Shown: one piece after another, positions 52,587 through 60,584 of the stretch
Layout of the letters: each line of letters starts with the position of its first letter
Numbering within the stretch: the first letter of the stretch is position 1
Assembly: GCA_041494645.1 (NCBI GenBank)
Contig: JBGQBD010000002.1
Coordinates: 1-60,584, forward strand
DNA: 60,584 nt
Reading direction: 5' to 3'
Origin: Candidatus Limnocylindria bacterium
GTDB taxonomy: Bacteria > Chloroflexota > Limnocylindria > Limnocylindrales > CSP1-4
Notes under the pieces: model-generated
What the model saw: the letters and a program-made list of their open reading frames with translations, nothing else
What the model was told of the DNA's origin: nothing
The model's database searches: none
Program-made: the position numbers and the translations under genes

Positions 52587-55500
52587 ATGACGACTGAGAG
52601 TGGTCCGGTGGACGGTTTGGCCCAGCACCCCGCGAAAGCACCAGCCTGGCCCGACTTCGTGACTCTGGCCGGGCAGCGGTATGCCTGCATCCACGACGTC
52701 GACCGTCTCGCGCCATTTCTGATGAGCATCGTGAGCGACAGCGATGCCTGGCTCTTCGTCGGCAGCAACTCGCCCTTCACGGCCGGGCGCGTGGACCCCG
52801 ACGGCGCGATGTTCCCGTACCAGAACGTCGACAAGCTGCTGCGCCATGCCGACGGAAGCGGATCTCTGAGCGCCTTCCGCGTTCGCCGCGGCGGTTCGGG
52901 CCCCTGGGTCTGGGAGCCGTGGCGTTCCGATTCCCATGCGCTCCCGGTCACCCGCAACCTTTACAAGCACGTCCTGGGTACGAACGTGCTCTTCGAGGAG
53001 ATCAACCGTGAGTTGGGGCTTCGCTTCACCTGGAGCCTCAGCACGTGCGCGCAGTTCGGCCTCGTCCGGCATGCGGTCCTGGAGAACATCGGCTCCGAGC
53101 CGGTTCGCGTGGACTATCTCGACGGGTTCCAGATGCTGCTGCCACCCGGCGTGGGCGAGGAGTCGTACGCTCGCATGAGCTACCTGGCAGGTGCCTACAT
53201 GCGCCACGAGGTCCTGCCCGACGTCCCGCTGGCGATCTACACCCTGAACTCGGCGATCGAAGACAGGCCCCTGCCATACGAGTCCCTGCGCGCAACGTGC
53301 GCCTGGTCGGTCGGCCATCTCCACCCAGACATCATCCTTTCGGACCGGCATCTGCAAGCATTCCGGGCGGGCCAGAAGATTCCAGTGGAGATGGAGCTGA
53401 GGGGTGACTTCGGGTCGTACCTGGTGGCTGATCGCGTCGAGCTCGAGCCCGGCCAGCAGCACAGCTGGTTCAGCGTCGCCGACACCCGTCTCGACCACGC
53501 CGGCCTGGTCCTGCTGCGCGAACGGCTCGCCACGCCAAACCTGCTCGAGGCCGAGCTTCGGGCGGCCGTTTCGGCCGATCGGGAGAGCCTGCGCCGAGTG
53601 GTCGCCGCGGCCGATGGGCTGCAGCACACGGCGGACGAGGCGGCCACCGTCCACCACTTCACCAGTGCCCTCTTCAACTGCCTGCGTGGCGGGACCTTTC
53701 TCGACTCGTACCGATTCCCGCGTCGCGACCTCGACACGTTCCTGCGTGCTCAGAACGCTTCGCTGCACACCCGGGTGGAAGGCTGGCTGGCCACCCTGCC
53801 AGAGACGATCTCGCTCGACTCGCTCCGGAGCGCCATGGAGGCGACGGGTGATCCCCAACTCAGACGGCTGTGCGGCTCGTATCTGCCGGTCATCTACAGC
53901 CGACGCCATGGCGACCCGAGCCGACCCTGGAACCGCTTCTCGATCCACGTCAGGGGCGAGAACGGGGAGCCGGTGTACGGCTACGAAGGCAACTGGCGCG
54001 ACATCTTCCAGAACTGGGAGGCGCTGGCCCAGAGCTTCCCCGGCTTCCTCGAGCAGATGCTAGCGGTCTTCCTGAACGGGTCGACGGCGGACGGCTACAA
54101 CCCGTACCGGATCAGCCGGGACGGAGGCATCGACTGGGAGGTCGGCGACCCGAACGACCCGTGGAGCCACATCGGCTACTGGGGCGACCACCAGATCGTT
54201 TACCTGCTTCGGCTGCTCGAAAGCGAGGAGCGATTCTGGCCCGGCGCCCTGGCGTCGCGGCTCAATCGACGTGAGTATGCCTACGCCAACGTGCCGTATC
54301 GGATCGCCGGGCTGGACGCTACTCTGGCCGATCCGCGCACCACGATCACTTTCGACGTGACGTTGCATCGCCGACTCCTGGCCGCCGCCGGTCAGGTCGG
54401 GGCGGACGCGAAGCTGGTCGCAGACTCGAACGGCGACGTCCTGCTCGTATCCCTGGCCGAGAAGTTGCTGGTGCCGCTGCTGGTCAAGCTCAGCAACTTC
54501 GTCCCCGACGGCGGGACGTGGCTGAACACGCAGCGCCCGGAATGGAACGACGCCAACAACGCGCTGGCGGGTTGGGGCCTGTCGATGGTGACGGTCGCCC
54601 ATGCGCGGCGCTACCTGCGCTTCTGCGAGAAGCTCTTCGCAGGGTCCGAGCCGGTGGAGCTGTCCGAGCCGGTCGCGGCCCTGCTGGAGCGGCTCACCGC
54701 GATCTACGGCGCCGCTCCCGAGACGTTCGACGACGTCTCGCGATACGAGTTCCTCGTGGCGGCCGGGCGGGCCGGCGAGGAGCACCGTCGCCTGGTCTAC
54801 GCCAACGAGCTCGGAACCCGTCGGGCGGTACCGATGGCCGCCCTGCGCGAGCTCATCGTTCACGCCCTGCCAGTCCTCGAGCGGGCTATCGTCTCGAACC
54901 GCCGCGGCGACGGCCTGTACCACGGCTACAACCTGCTGCACGTCGAGGCCAGTCAGGCCAGCATCACCCATCTCTTCCCGATGCTCGAGGGTCAGGCAGC
55001 GGTGCTCGCGTCCGGGCTGCTGGCGCCGACCGAGGAGCTTGCCGTCCTGCGCGCACTTCGCTCCAGCGAGCTCTATCGGGCCGACCAGAACAGCTATGTC
55101 CTCTACCCCGACCTGGCCCTGCCATCCTTCCTGAGCCGCAACACGATCACCTCCGTGCCGCCGCTGGACGACCCGCGGATCTTCGTCCGCGACGCCCGCG
55201 GCCGGTGGCACTTCCAGGCGGACCTGCGAAACGCCAACGACGTGGCCGGTCGCCTGGACACCATGAACGTGGACGGGCGAGTCCGCGAGGCCACTCTCGC
55301 CCTCTGGGAGAAGACCTTCCGGCACCGCGAGTTCACCGGCCGAAGCCGCACCTTCTTCATGTTTGAAGGCCTCGGCAGCATCTACTGGCACATGGTCGCC
55401 AAGCTGCTGGTGTCGGTTCAAGAGTGCGCCGTGAGGGCTCTTGAGCCGGAGATTGGAGAGGTCGACCTCGAAGCCGCTGCGGCGCTGGCTGACGTCTACG

Positions 55501-56072
55501 ACGACGTGCGCGACGGCCTCGGCTTCCGCAAGCCGGCCGAGGTCCATGGCGCCTTCCCGTACGATCCCTACTCGCACACGCCGCAGCACCGTGGCGCACA
55601 GCAACCGGGCATGACAGGCCTCGTCAAAGAGGAGGTCCTGGTCCGTTGGGGCGAGCTTGGCGTGCAGGTTCGGGGAGGCAGGCTGCGGTTTGCGCCAAGA
55701 CTGCTGCACCGGGCAGAGTTCGAGGCAGCGCCGTACCTGTTCAACTACGTCGACATCGCTGGCCAGGATCGGTCGTGGGAGCTGCCCGCGGGCAGCCTGG
55801 CCTTCACGTTCTGCGGTACTCCGGTCTGCTACGAGCTGGCCGACCGGGCCTCCGTCGTCGTGGATCGTGTGGCCGGCCCGAGCGAACTGATCGTCGGCGA
55901 CGAGCTACCCCGTGCGGTGAGCGAGTCGGTCTTTGCCCGGGAGGGCTCGGTCGTGCGGCTGATCGTCCGCGTGCCACAGGAGGGGCTCCCCCTCCTGGCC
56001 GCTGAAGCGCTCACAACGGCGCAGAGCGACCTCAACGTCGTGCCTGTCGCCAATCGAAGTCGCAAGGAGTAG
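52587..56072 (+). CDS. Large (1161 aa) uncharacterised cytoplasmic protein; candidate divergent GH94/GH149/GH161-like glycoside phosphorylase
   Basis: A long ORF with strong GC3 codon bias and no signal peptide, flanked by GH116 and GH3. Motifs are NWRDIFQNWE (R471/D472, nt 53997-54002), RPEWNDANNALAGWG (D655, nt 54549-54551) and PYSHTPQHRGAQQPGMTG (H997, nt 55575-55577). Family assignment is inference only. Confidence 0.7.
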   Translation: MTTESGPVDGLAQHPAKAPAWPDFVTLAGQRYACIHDVDRLAPFLMSIVSDSDAWLFVGSNSPFTAGRVDPDGAMFPYQNVDKLLRHADGSGSLSAFRVRRGGSGPWVWEPWRSDSHALPVTRNLYKHVLGTNVLFEEINRELGLRFTWSLSTCAQFGLVRHAVLENIGSEPVRVDYLDGFQMLLPPGVGEESYARMSYLAGAYMRHEVLPDVPLAIYTLNSAIEDRPLPYESLRATCAWSVGHLHPDIILSDRHLQAFRAGQKIPVEMELRGDFGSYLVADRVELEPGQQHSWFSVADTRLDHAGLVLLRERLATPNLLEAELRAAVSADRESLRRVVAAADGLQHTADEAATVHHFTSALFNCLRGGTFLDSYRFPRRDLDTFLRAQNASLHTRVEGWLATLPETISLDSLRSAMEATGDPQLRRLCGSYLPVIYSRRHGDPSRPWNRFSIHVRGENGEPVYGYEGNWRDIFQNWEALAQSFPGFLEQMLAVFLNGSTADGYNPYRISRDGGIDWEVGDPNDPWSHIGYWGDHQIVYLLRLLESEERFWPGALASRLNRREYAYANVPYRIAGLDATLADPRTTITFDVTLHRRLLAAAGQVGADAKLVADSNGDVLLVSLAEKLLVPLLVKLSNFVPDGGTWLNTQRPEWNDANNALAGWGLSMVTVAHARRYLRFCEKLFAGSEPVELSEPVAALLERLTAIYGAAPETFDDVSRYEFLVAAGRAGEEHRRLVYANELGTRRAVPMAALRELIVHALPVLERAIVSNRRGDGLYHGYNLLHVEASQASITHLFPMLEGQAAVLASGLLAPTEELAVLRALRSSELYRADQNSYVLYPDLALPSFLSRNTITSVPPLDDPRIFVRDARGRWHFQADLRNANDVAGRLDTMNVDGRVREATLALWEKTFRHREFTGRSRTFFMFEGLGSIYWHMVAKLLVSVQECAVRALEPEIGEVDLEAAAALADVYDDVRDGLGFRKPAEVHGAFPYDPYSHTPQHRGAQQPGMTGLVKEEVLVRWGELGVQVRGGRLRFAPRLLHRAEFEAAPYLFNYVDIAGQDRSWELPAGSLAFTFCGTPVCYELADRASVVVDRVAGPSELIVGDELPRAVSESVFAREGSVVRLIVRVPQEGLPLLAAEALTTAQSDLNVVPVANRSRKE

Positions 56073-56074
56073 CA

Positions 56075-58030
56075 ATGCCAGTCTCGTATCCGCGTCGCCC
56101 CAGGCGGCCTCGCCGATGGATCCGTCGCCTCGCTGCACTAGCAGTCGTAGCCTTCGTGGCCGCTTGCGGCAACTCCACCGCCACGGGCACACCCCCTTCC
56201 TCGATCTCGGCGGCGTCCGGGTCACCATCCTCCGGGCGTCCCTGGATGGACGCCACCAAATCCGTGGATGATCGCGTGGCGGCGTTGCTGGGTCAGATGA
56301 CCCTGGCCGAGAAGATCGGCCAGATGACCCAGGCCGAGAAGAACGCCATCAATCCGGCGAACTCGGGCGCCTACAACCTCGGCTCGATCCTCAGCGGCGG
56401 CGGCGGATACCCCGATCAAAACACCCCGCAGGCCTGGTACGACATGGTCAACGCGTATCAGCAGACGGCTCTCGGGACCCGTCTGAGCATCCCGATCATC
56501 TACGGCGTCGACGCTGTGCATGGGCACAACAACGTCGAAGGCGCGACCATCTTCCCGCAGAACGTCGGTATGGGTGCCACGAACGACCCCGCGCTCGTGC
56601 AGCAGGCCTGCGCCGCGACGGCTCTCGAGATGAATGCCACCGGGATTCGATGGGATTTCGGTCCGGTCGTCGCGGTCCCCCAGGACATTCGCTGGGGCCG
56701 CACGTACGAGGGCTACAGTGAGAACACCGACCTCGTCTCCAAGCTTGGGGCGGCCTGTATAGAGGGCCTACAGGGTTCCGGCCTGAGCGCCGAGAACACC
56801 TCGGCTGCAACGGCGAAGCACTTCATTGGCGATGGCGGAACGGCCTTTGGCAGCTCCACGGCGAACGGCCCAACCGGCCCCTACCTGCTCGATCAGGGCG
56901 TCGACCAGATGGACGAGGCCACGCTGCTCAAGCTCTTCCTGCCGCCGTACAAGGCGGCTGTCGAAAGTGGCGCCAGGATCGTCATGACCTCTTACTCGAG
57001 CACGAGCGCTGGCAAGGTTCACGGCGATAAGCATCTGATCACCGACATCCTCAAGGTCCAGCTGGCCTTCACCGGTTTCGTCGTCTCCGACTGGGGCGGC
57101 ATCGACCAGGTCGTACCCGGTCACTACTCCGCCTCGGTCGCGCAGTCGATCAACGCCGGCATAGACATGGTCATGGTTCCCACTGACTACGTTCGGTTCA
57201 TCACCACGATGACGTCGCTGGTGCAGGCGGGGACGATCTCGCAGGCTCGGATCGACGATGCCGTCACCCGGATCCTCCGGGTGAAGTTCGAGATGGGCCT
57301 CTTCGAGAATCCGATGCCCGCCGCGGGCAAGACCTCCGAGGTAGGGTCGGATGCCGATCGCGCGATCGCCCGCCAGGCCGTCGCCGAATCGGCCGTCCTG
57401 CTCAAGACGAGCGCGAACGTCCTGCCGATCCCGGCGTCGGGAAAGAAGGTCCTCCTGGCCGGTCAGGGCGCCGACGACATCGGCATCCAGTCCGGCGGTT
57501 GGACGATCACCTGGCAGGGTTCTGCGGGACAGATTACGTCCGGCTCGACGCTCCAGGGAGTTCTGAAGGCCAAGCTCGGCGACAACCTCACCTATGACCG
57601 CAATGCCGCATTCCCGGCTGGCACGAAGGCCGACATCGGGATCGTCGTCGTGGCCGAGCGGCCCTATGCCGAGGGTGTCGGCGACTCCTCGACGCTGGCT
57701 TTGCCGAATGAGGACGTGGCGCTCCTGGCGAAGATGCGGCCGCTCGTGAACAAGCTCGTCGTCGTGGTCATCTCGGGTCGGCCCATGGTCCTGGGCGACG
57801 TTGCGTCGGCGGACGCGGTCGTGGAGGCCTGGCTTCCCGGAACCGAGGCGGCCGGCCTCGCGGACGTCCTGCTCGGCGACAAGCCATTCGTCGGGACCAC
57901 GCCGTATACCTGGCCGAAGACGGCAGGGGATGCGCCCAGAGTCGGCAAGTCCGCTTGCGCTGGGGCGGTTTACCCGGTCGGCTACGGTCTGGACGCCGCG
58001 GGCAAGCTACTGGGCCCGGCTGCCTGCTAG
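56075..58030 (+). CDS. GH3 family beta-glucosidase / exo-beta-glucanase, lipoprotein
   Basis: Lipobox [18 protein letters not shown], the nucleophile context [11 protein letters not shown] and a C-terminal alpha/beta sandwich. AAGGAG lies 6 nt upstream of the ATG, which is 2 nt after the previous stop. Confidence 0.9.
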   Translation: MPVSYPRRPRRPRRWIRRLAALAVVAFVAACGNSTATGTPPSSISAASGSPSSGRPWMDATKSVDDRVAALLGQMTLAEKIGQMTQAEKNAINPANSGAYNLGSILSGGGGYPDQNTPQAWYDMVNAYQQTALGTRLSIPIIYGVDAVHGHNNVEGATIFPQNVGMGATNDPALVQQACAATALEMNATGIRWDFGPVVAVPQDIRWGRTYEGYSENTDLVSKLGAACIEGLQGSGLSAENTSAATAKHFIGDGGTAFGSSTANGPTGPYLLDQGVDQMDEATLLKLFLPPYKAAVESGARIVMTSYSSTSAGKVHGDKHLITDILKVQLAFTGFVVSDWGGIDQVVPGHYSASVAQSINAGIDMVMVPTDYVRFITTMTSLVQAGTISQARIDDAVTRILRVKFEMGLFENPMPAAGKTSEVGSDADRAIARQAVAESAVLLKTSANVLPIPASGKKVLLAGQGADDIGIQSGGWTITWQGSAGQITSGSTLQGVLKAKLGDNLTYDRNAAFPAGTKADIGIVVVAERPYAEGVGDSSTLALPNEDVALLAKMRPLVNKLVVVVISGRPMVLGDVASADAVVEAWLPGTEAAGLADVLLGDKPFVGTTPYTWPKTAGDAPRVGKSACAGAVYPVGYGLDAAGKLLGPAAC

Positions 58031-58100
58031 CTCGGGCCCCTGGCGGTCGTGACGTCCTGCCGTCGATCGGGCTGATCCACCGTTCGCCGTCGTAAAGGCG

Positions 58101-58114
58101 CGAACGTCCGTTCG
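58101..58114. promoter_or_regulatory. SOS (LexA) box CGAAC-GTCC-GTTCG upstream of uvrA
   Basis: Perfect inverted repeat matching the Gram-positive/actinobacterial consensus CGAAC-N4-GTTCG. It lies 17 nt upstream of the TACAAT -10. Confidence 0.65.
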
Positions 58115-58131
58115 ATTTCGGCTGATTGCCC

Positions 58132-58137
58132 TACAAT
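58132..58137 (+). promoter_or_regulatory. -10 hexamer TACAAT positioned for a leaderless uvrA mRNA
   Basis: TACAAT is followed by 8 nt and then ATG 58146. No SD. Confidence 0.45.
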
Positions 58138-58145
58138 GGCGGCCT

Positions 58146-60584
58146 ATGCCGCAGGAACAGCTGGTCGTTCGCGGGGCCCGCGAGCACAACCTCAAGAACA
58201 TCACCGTCTCGATGCCGCGCGACCGGCTGGTCGTCATCACCGGCCTGTCCGGATCGGGCAAGAGCAGCCTCGCCTTCGATACGATCTATGCCGAGGGTCA
58301 GCGCCGCTACGTCGAGAGCCTGTCCGCCTACGCCCGGCAGTTCCTCGGCGAGATGCAGAAGCCGGACGTCGACCAGATCGACGGTCTGAGCCCCGCGATC
58401 TCGATCGACCAGAAGGGCGCCAGCCGGAACCCGCGGTCGACGGTCGGAACCGTGACCGAGATCTACGACCACCTGCGCCTCCTATTCGCCCGGATCGGCC
58501 ATCCGCACTGCCCAACGTGCGGTCGCGAGATCCAGCGCCAGAGCGTCCAGCAGATCGTCGACCAGATCTACGACCTGCCCGAGGGGACGCGGCTGATGGT
58601 GCTGGGCCCCGTCATCAAGGACCGCAAGACGGAGGGGGATCGCGTCTTCGACCAGATCCGCCGCGGAGGCTTCGCCCGCGTGCGCGTGAATGGCGAGCTG
58701 ATGGACCTGGCGGAGACGCGGCAGCTGGACAAATACAAGCGCCACACGATCGAGGTGGTCGTGGATCGGTTCGTGGTGCGCCACGGGGATGCCGAAGGAG
58801 GCCCGGACGGCGACCCGAGGCCGGACGCGAGCCGCCTGGCGGACAGCGTGGAGACGGCGTTGCGGCTCGGCGAGGGCGTCGTCCAGATTGCCCCGGCGCC
58901 CCGCGACGGCGAGGCGCCCGAATTCGAGGAACGACGCTACAGCGAGCGGTACAGCTGCCCTTATGACGGCACAACCGTGGACGAGCTCGAGCCTCGAAGC
59001 TTCAGCTTCAACTCACCCCACGGGGCCTGCCCGTCCTGCACGGGGATAGGCAGCCGTCTCGAGATAGACCCGGACCGGGTCATCCCCAACAAGAACCTGT
59101 CGCTGGCCGGCGGGGCCCTGGTGCCGTGGGGCCGCCTGCCGATGGAGAACTCCTGGCACGGCAAGATCATGGAAGCCGTCTGTCGGGAACACGGCTGGGA
59201 CTACAACGCTCCCGTGAAGAACCTGCCGCCGGAAGCGCTCGAGTACGTCCTGTACGCGGATCGCGGCGAGCGGGTCGTGATCGGCTACCGCCATGAGCGG
59301 GGTGAGAACACCTACGGCGCCACGTTCGAGGGTGTCGTTCCCAACCTCGAGCGCCGCTTCCGCGAGACCGAATCGGACTTCATCAAGTCGGAGCTCGAGC
59401 GCTACATGGTCGCCCGGCCGTGTCCCAGCTGCGAAGGCAAGCGCCTCAAGCCGGAGATCCTCGCCGTCACGGTCGACGGCCAGAACATCTGGCAGGTGTC
59501 GACGCTGTCGATCACGGCCGCCTGCGAATGGGTCGCCCGACTGCCCGACCGGCTGACCGAGCGCGAGCAGACGATCGCCCGGCAGGTCCTCAAGGAGATC
59601 TCGGCCAGGCTCGGCTTCCTGCTCGACGTCGGGCTGGACTATCTGACCCTCGATCGAACGAGCCAGACGCTGTCGGGCGGTGAAGCGCAGCGCATCCGAT
59701 TGGCCACCCAGATCGGCTCCAGCCTGATGGGCGTCCTCTACATCCTCGACGAACCTTCGATCGGACTTCACCAGCGCGACAACGCCAAGCTGATCGCCAC
59801 CCTCACCCGCCTGCGCGACCTGGGCAACACGGTCCTCGTCGTGGAGCACGACGAGGAGACGATCCGGACGGCCGACTGGGTCATCGACATCGGGCCCGGG
59901 GCAGGGGAGCACGGCGGCGAGATCGTGGCTTCAGGGCCCCTGGAAACGATCCTGGCCGAGCCGCGGTCGATTACCGGCGCCTACCTGCGCGGCGAGCTGA
60001 CCGTTCCGATCCCGGACCGGAGACGCAAGGGAAGCGGCCAGTCCCTGTTCGTTCGGGGCGCCCGCGAGCACAACCTCAAGCACGTGGATGTGGCCTTCCC
60101 GCTGGGCTGCTTCGTCTCGGTCACGGGCGTGTCCGGTTCGGGCAAGAGCACGCTCGTCTCGGACGTTCTGTATCGGGCCCTGGCCCGCCAGCTGAGCGGT
60201 TCGCGCGAGAGGCCCGGCGACCACGACGCCATCGAGGGGATCGAGGCCATCGACAAGGTCATCGACATCGACCAGAGCCCGATCGGTCGAACGCCCCGCT
60301 CGAATCCGGCGACCTACACCGGCCTCTTCGCGCCGATCCGCGAGCTGTTCGCCGGCACCCAGGAGTCGCGTCTGCGCGGCTACAGGCCGGGCCGGTTCAG
60401 CTTCAACGTCAAGGGCGGCCGCTGCGAGCACTGCAAGGGCGACGGCATCCTCAAGATCGAGATGCAGTTCCTGCCGGACGTCCACGTCCAGTGCGAGGTG
60501 TGCAAGGGCAAGCGCTACAACCGCGAGGCTCTCGAGATCCATTACAAAGGCCGATCGATCGCCGACGTCCTTGAGATGACGATC
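58146..60584 (+). CDS. uvrA: Excinuclease ABC subunit A, N-terminal 813 aa; 3' end outside window
   Basis: Absent from the ORF track (no stop before the window end) but read directly. The sequence is [68 protein letters not shown]..., with zinc-finger Cys pairs, [12 protein letters not shown] and a second Walker [11 protein letters not shown]. The frame is open through 60584. Confidence 0.95.
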   Translation, partial: MPQEQLVVRGAREHNLKNITVSMPRDRLVVITGLSGSGKSSLAFDTIYAEGQRRYVESLSAYARQFLGEMQKPDVDQIDGLSPAISIDQKGASRNPRSTVGTVTEIYDHLRLLFARIGHPHCPTCGREIQRQSVQQIVDQIYDLPEGTRLMVLGPVIKDRKTEGDRVFDQIRRGGFARVRVNGELMDLAETRQLDKYKRHTIEVVVDRFVVRHGDAEGGPDGDPRPDASRLADSVETALRLGEGVVQIAPAPRDGEAPEFEERRYSERYSCPYDGTTVDELEPRSFSFNSPHGACPSCTGIGSRLEIDPDRVIPNKNLSLAGGALVPWGRLPMENSWHGKIMEAVCREHGWDYNAPVKNLPPEALEYVLYADRGERVVIGYRHERGENTYGATFEGVVPNLERRFRETESDFIKSELERYMVARPCPSCEGKRLKPEILAVTVDGQNIWQVSTLSITAACEWVARLPDRLTEREQTIARQVLKEISARLGFLLDVGLDYLTLDRTSQTLSGGEAQRIRLATQIGSSLMGVLYILDEPSIGLHQRDNAKLIATLTRLRDLGNTVLVVEHDEETIRTADWVIDIGPGAGEHGGEIVASGPLETILAEPRSITGAYLRGELTVPIPDRRRKGSGQSLFVRGAREHNLKHVDVAFPLGCFVSVTGVSGSGKSTLVSDVLYRALARQLSGSRERPGDHDAIEGIEAIDKVIDIDQSPIGRTPRSNPATYTGLFAPIRELFAGTQESRLRGYRPGRFSFNVKGGRCEHCKGDGILKIEMQFLPDVHVQCEVCKGKRYNREALEIHYKGRSIADVLEMTI

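Noticed and set aside
54060-55709. 549-aa ORF antisense to the 1161-aa gene, and other off-frame ORFs there (54518-55366, 54601-55134).
   Set aside because: The plus-strand 52587 frame has balanced amino-acid composition, aromatic-rich motifs and strong GC3 bias. The alternatives are Arg/Pro/Gly-rich.

Overview
The window is a very GC-rich chromosomal segment (third codon positions are almost all G/C) from a monoderm, high-GC bacterium. Gene order resembles Actinomycetota (ligA-gatCAB; polA...coaE-uvrB...uvrA), but I cannot place the lineage from sequence alone. I call 47 protein genes, one tRNA-Leu(CAA) and no rRNA, CRISPR array or mobile element.

Most of the content is housekeeping and unusually rich in replication and repair genes: groEL (3' part), pcrA/uvrD, ligA, gatC-gatA-gatB with an aminotransferase inserted, dnaE, polA, mutM, an ABC-F ATPase, coaE, uvrB, a DinB-family protein and uvrA. 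uvrA runs off the right edge and is missing from the supplied ORF track because it has no stop codon.

Accessory content:
- Two paralogous LprG-like lipoproteins.
- A DUF2199 protein.
- A Mut7-C/PIN-like nuclease translationally coupled to ligA.
- A GNAT acetyltransferase and an orphan BMP lipoprotein.
- A peptidase-S51-like protein fused to a CysRS-C-terminal-like domain.
- An LCP protein and an ECF sigma/anti-sigma pair.
- A secreted papain-like peptidase plus a polytopic membrane protein.
- azlCD plus an MFS transporter.
- A visibly less GC-rich ~13 kb beta-glucoside locus between azlC and uvrA: LacI regulator with twin palindromic operators, sugar ABC importer, GH116, an unassigned 1161-aa enzyme and GH3.

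The 1161-aa protein is the best candidate for something new. Its motifs suggest a divergent GH94/GH149/GH161-type glycoside phosphorylase, but this needs an HMM or structure search.

Other observations worth a second look:
- SOS (LexA)-type boxes sit at the same position in the uvrA and uvrB promoters.
- A recurrent leaderless-gene architecture (TANNNT 6-9 nt upstream of the start codon) appears at pcrA, Mut7-C/ligA, dnaE, mutM, the peptidase gene, uvrA and possibly the BMP gene.
- Three ribosome-binding-site-supported ORFs under 60 aa are absent from the ORF track.

The many long antisense or out-of-frame ORFs in the track are treated as GC artefacts. All family assignments rest on motif recognition by eye. 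No database search was run.
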